Assembly: GCA_022843705.1 (NCBI GenBank)
Contig: JALHND010000005.1
Span: 1-55,629, forward strand
Reading direction: 5' to 3'
Source of the DNA: Burkholderiales bacterium
GTDB taxonomy: Bacteria > Pseudomonadota > Gammaproteobacteria > Burkholderiales > SG8-41
DNA length: 55,629 nt
Part shown: positions 55,294 to 55,629 of the stretch, piece after piece
Position numbering within the stretch: the first letter of the stretch is position 1
How the letters are laid out: each line of letters starts with the position of its first letter
Program-made: the position numbers and the translations under genes
The notes under the pieces: generated by a model
The model's input: only the letters and a program-made list of their open reading frames with translations
Told to the model about the DNA's origin: nothing
Database searches by the model: none

Positions 55294-55629
55294 TCAGAGA
55301 TCCGACAGTCGCAGCTTCGCCAATCCCGCGCCGCTTCTCTCGAAGACCATGATCTCCTCGGCGGTCAGTGGCGGGCTGACATGCGGGCCCTGAACCCGTT
55401 CGCAGCCGAGCGCAAGCAGCGCAACGACGGTTTCGCCGTCGGCCACCCCCTCGGCCGTGACCCGCAGGCCGAGGTCGCGGGCAAGCCGCACCAGGGAACG
55501 GATGATTTTTCCGTGCAATTGCGATCGCTGCATGTCATGCACGAATTCCGCGCTGAGTTGCATCTCGTCGAAGGGCAGCTGGGCGAGGTTGCCCAGCGAT
55601 GAAGCGCCGGTGGCAAAACCCGCGATGCC
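55294..55629 (-). CDS. C-terminal part of a degenerate EAL-domain protein (5' end outside the window)
   Basis: Frame open to the window edge: GIAGFATGASSLGNLAQLPFDEMQLSAEF...VTAEGVAD...GCERVQG..SPPL. Confidence 0.85.
   Translation of the reverse strand, partial: GIAGFATGASSLGNLAQLPFDEMQLSAEFVHDMQRSQLHGKIIRSLVRLARDLGLRVTAEGVADGETVVALLALGCERVQGPHVSPPLTAEEIMVFERSGAGLAKLRLSDL

Overview
GC-rich (roughly two-thirds G+C by eye) chromosomal segment of a betaproteobacterium-like genome. The right half is mostly conserved housekeeping synteny: fbp, two msrA, tyrS-M23-anmK, erpA-bactofilin-argC, rplM-rpsI, coq7, trpEGDC, gph, rpe, apaG, mltA and dadA. The left half is more accessory: cyclic-nucleotide signalling enzymes, an exported TPR-CHAT (caspase-fold) protein, an orphan ~494-aa lipoprotein, a Bug-PrpD-hydrolase catabolic operon, a tandem-duplicated ~1910-aa UvrA, transporters, a SWIB protein and a DUF72 protein. 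I saw no rRNA, tRNA, CRISPR array, transposase, integrase or prophage. Signals the ORF track does not explain: (1) a dispersed 28-bp AT-rich IHF-like motif in at least 5 copies, one embedded in frame inside uvrA and one supplying stop codons between two convergent genes; (2) an 84-bp palindromic element inserted in frame in the last UvrA ATPase domain; (3) a TTATGC-N5-GCATAGGC motif shared upstream of the CHAT protease and the orphan lipoprotein, the best (still speculative) candidate for an undescribed system; (4) an unannotated Trp leader peptide before trpE; (5) an unannotated 40-aa membrane protein antisense to a methyltransferase read-through tail; (6) a 5x9-bp repeat in the SWIB leader; (7) several enzymes with altered catalytic motifs. 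All calls are from motif recognition only; no searches were run.
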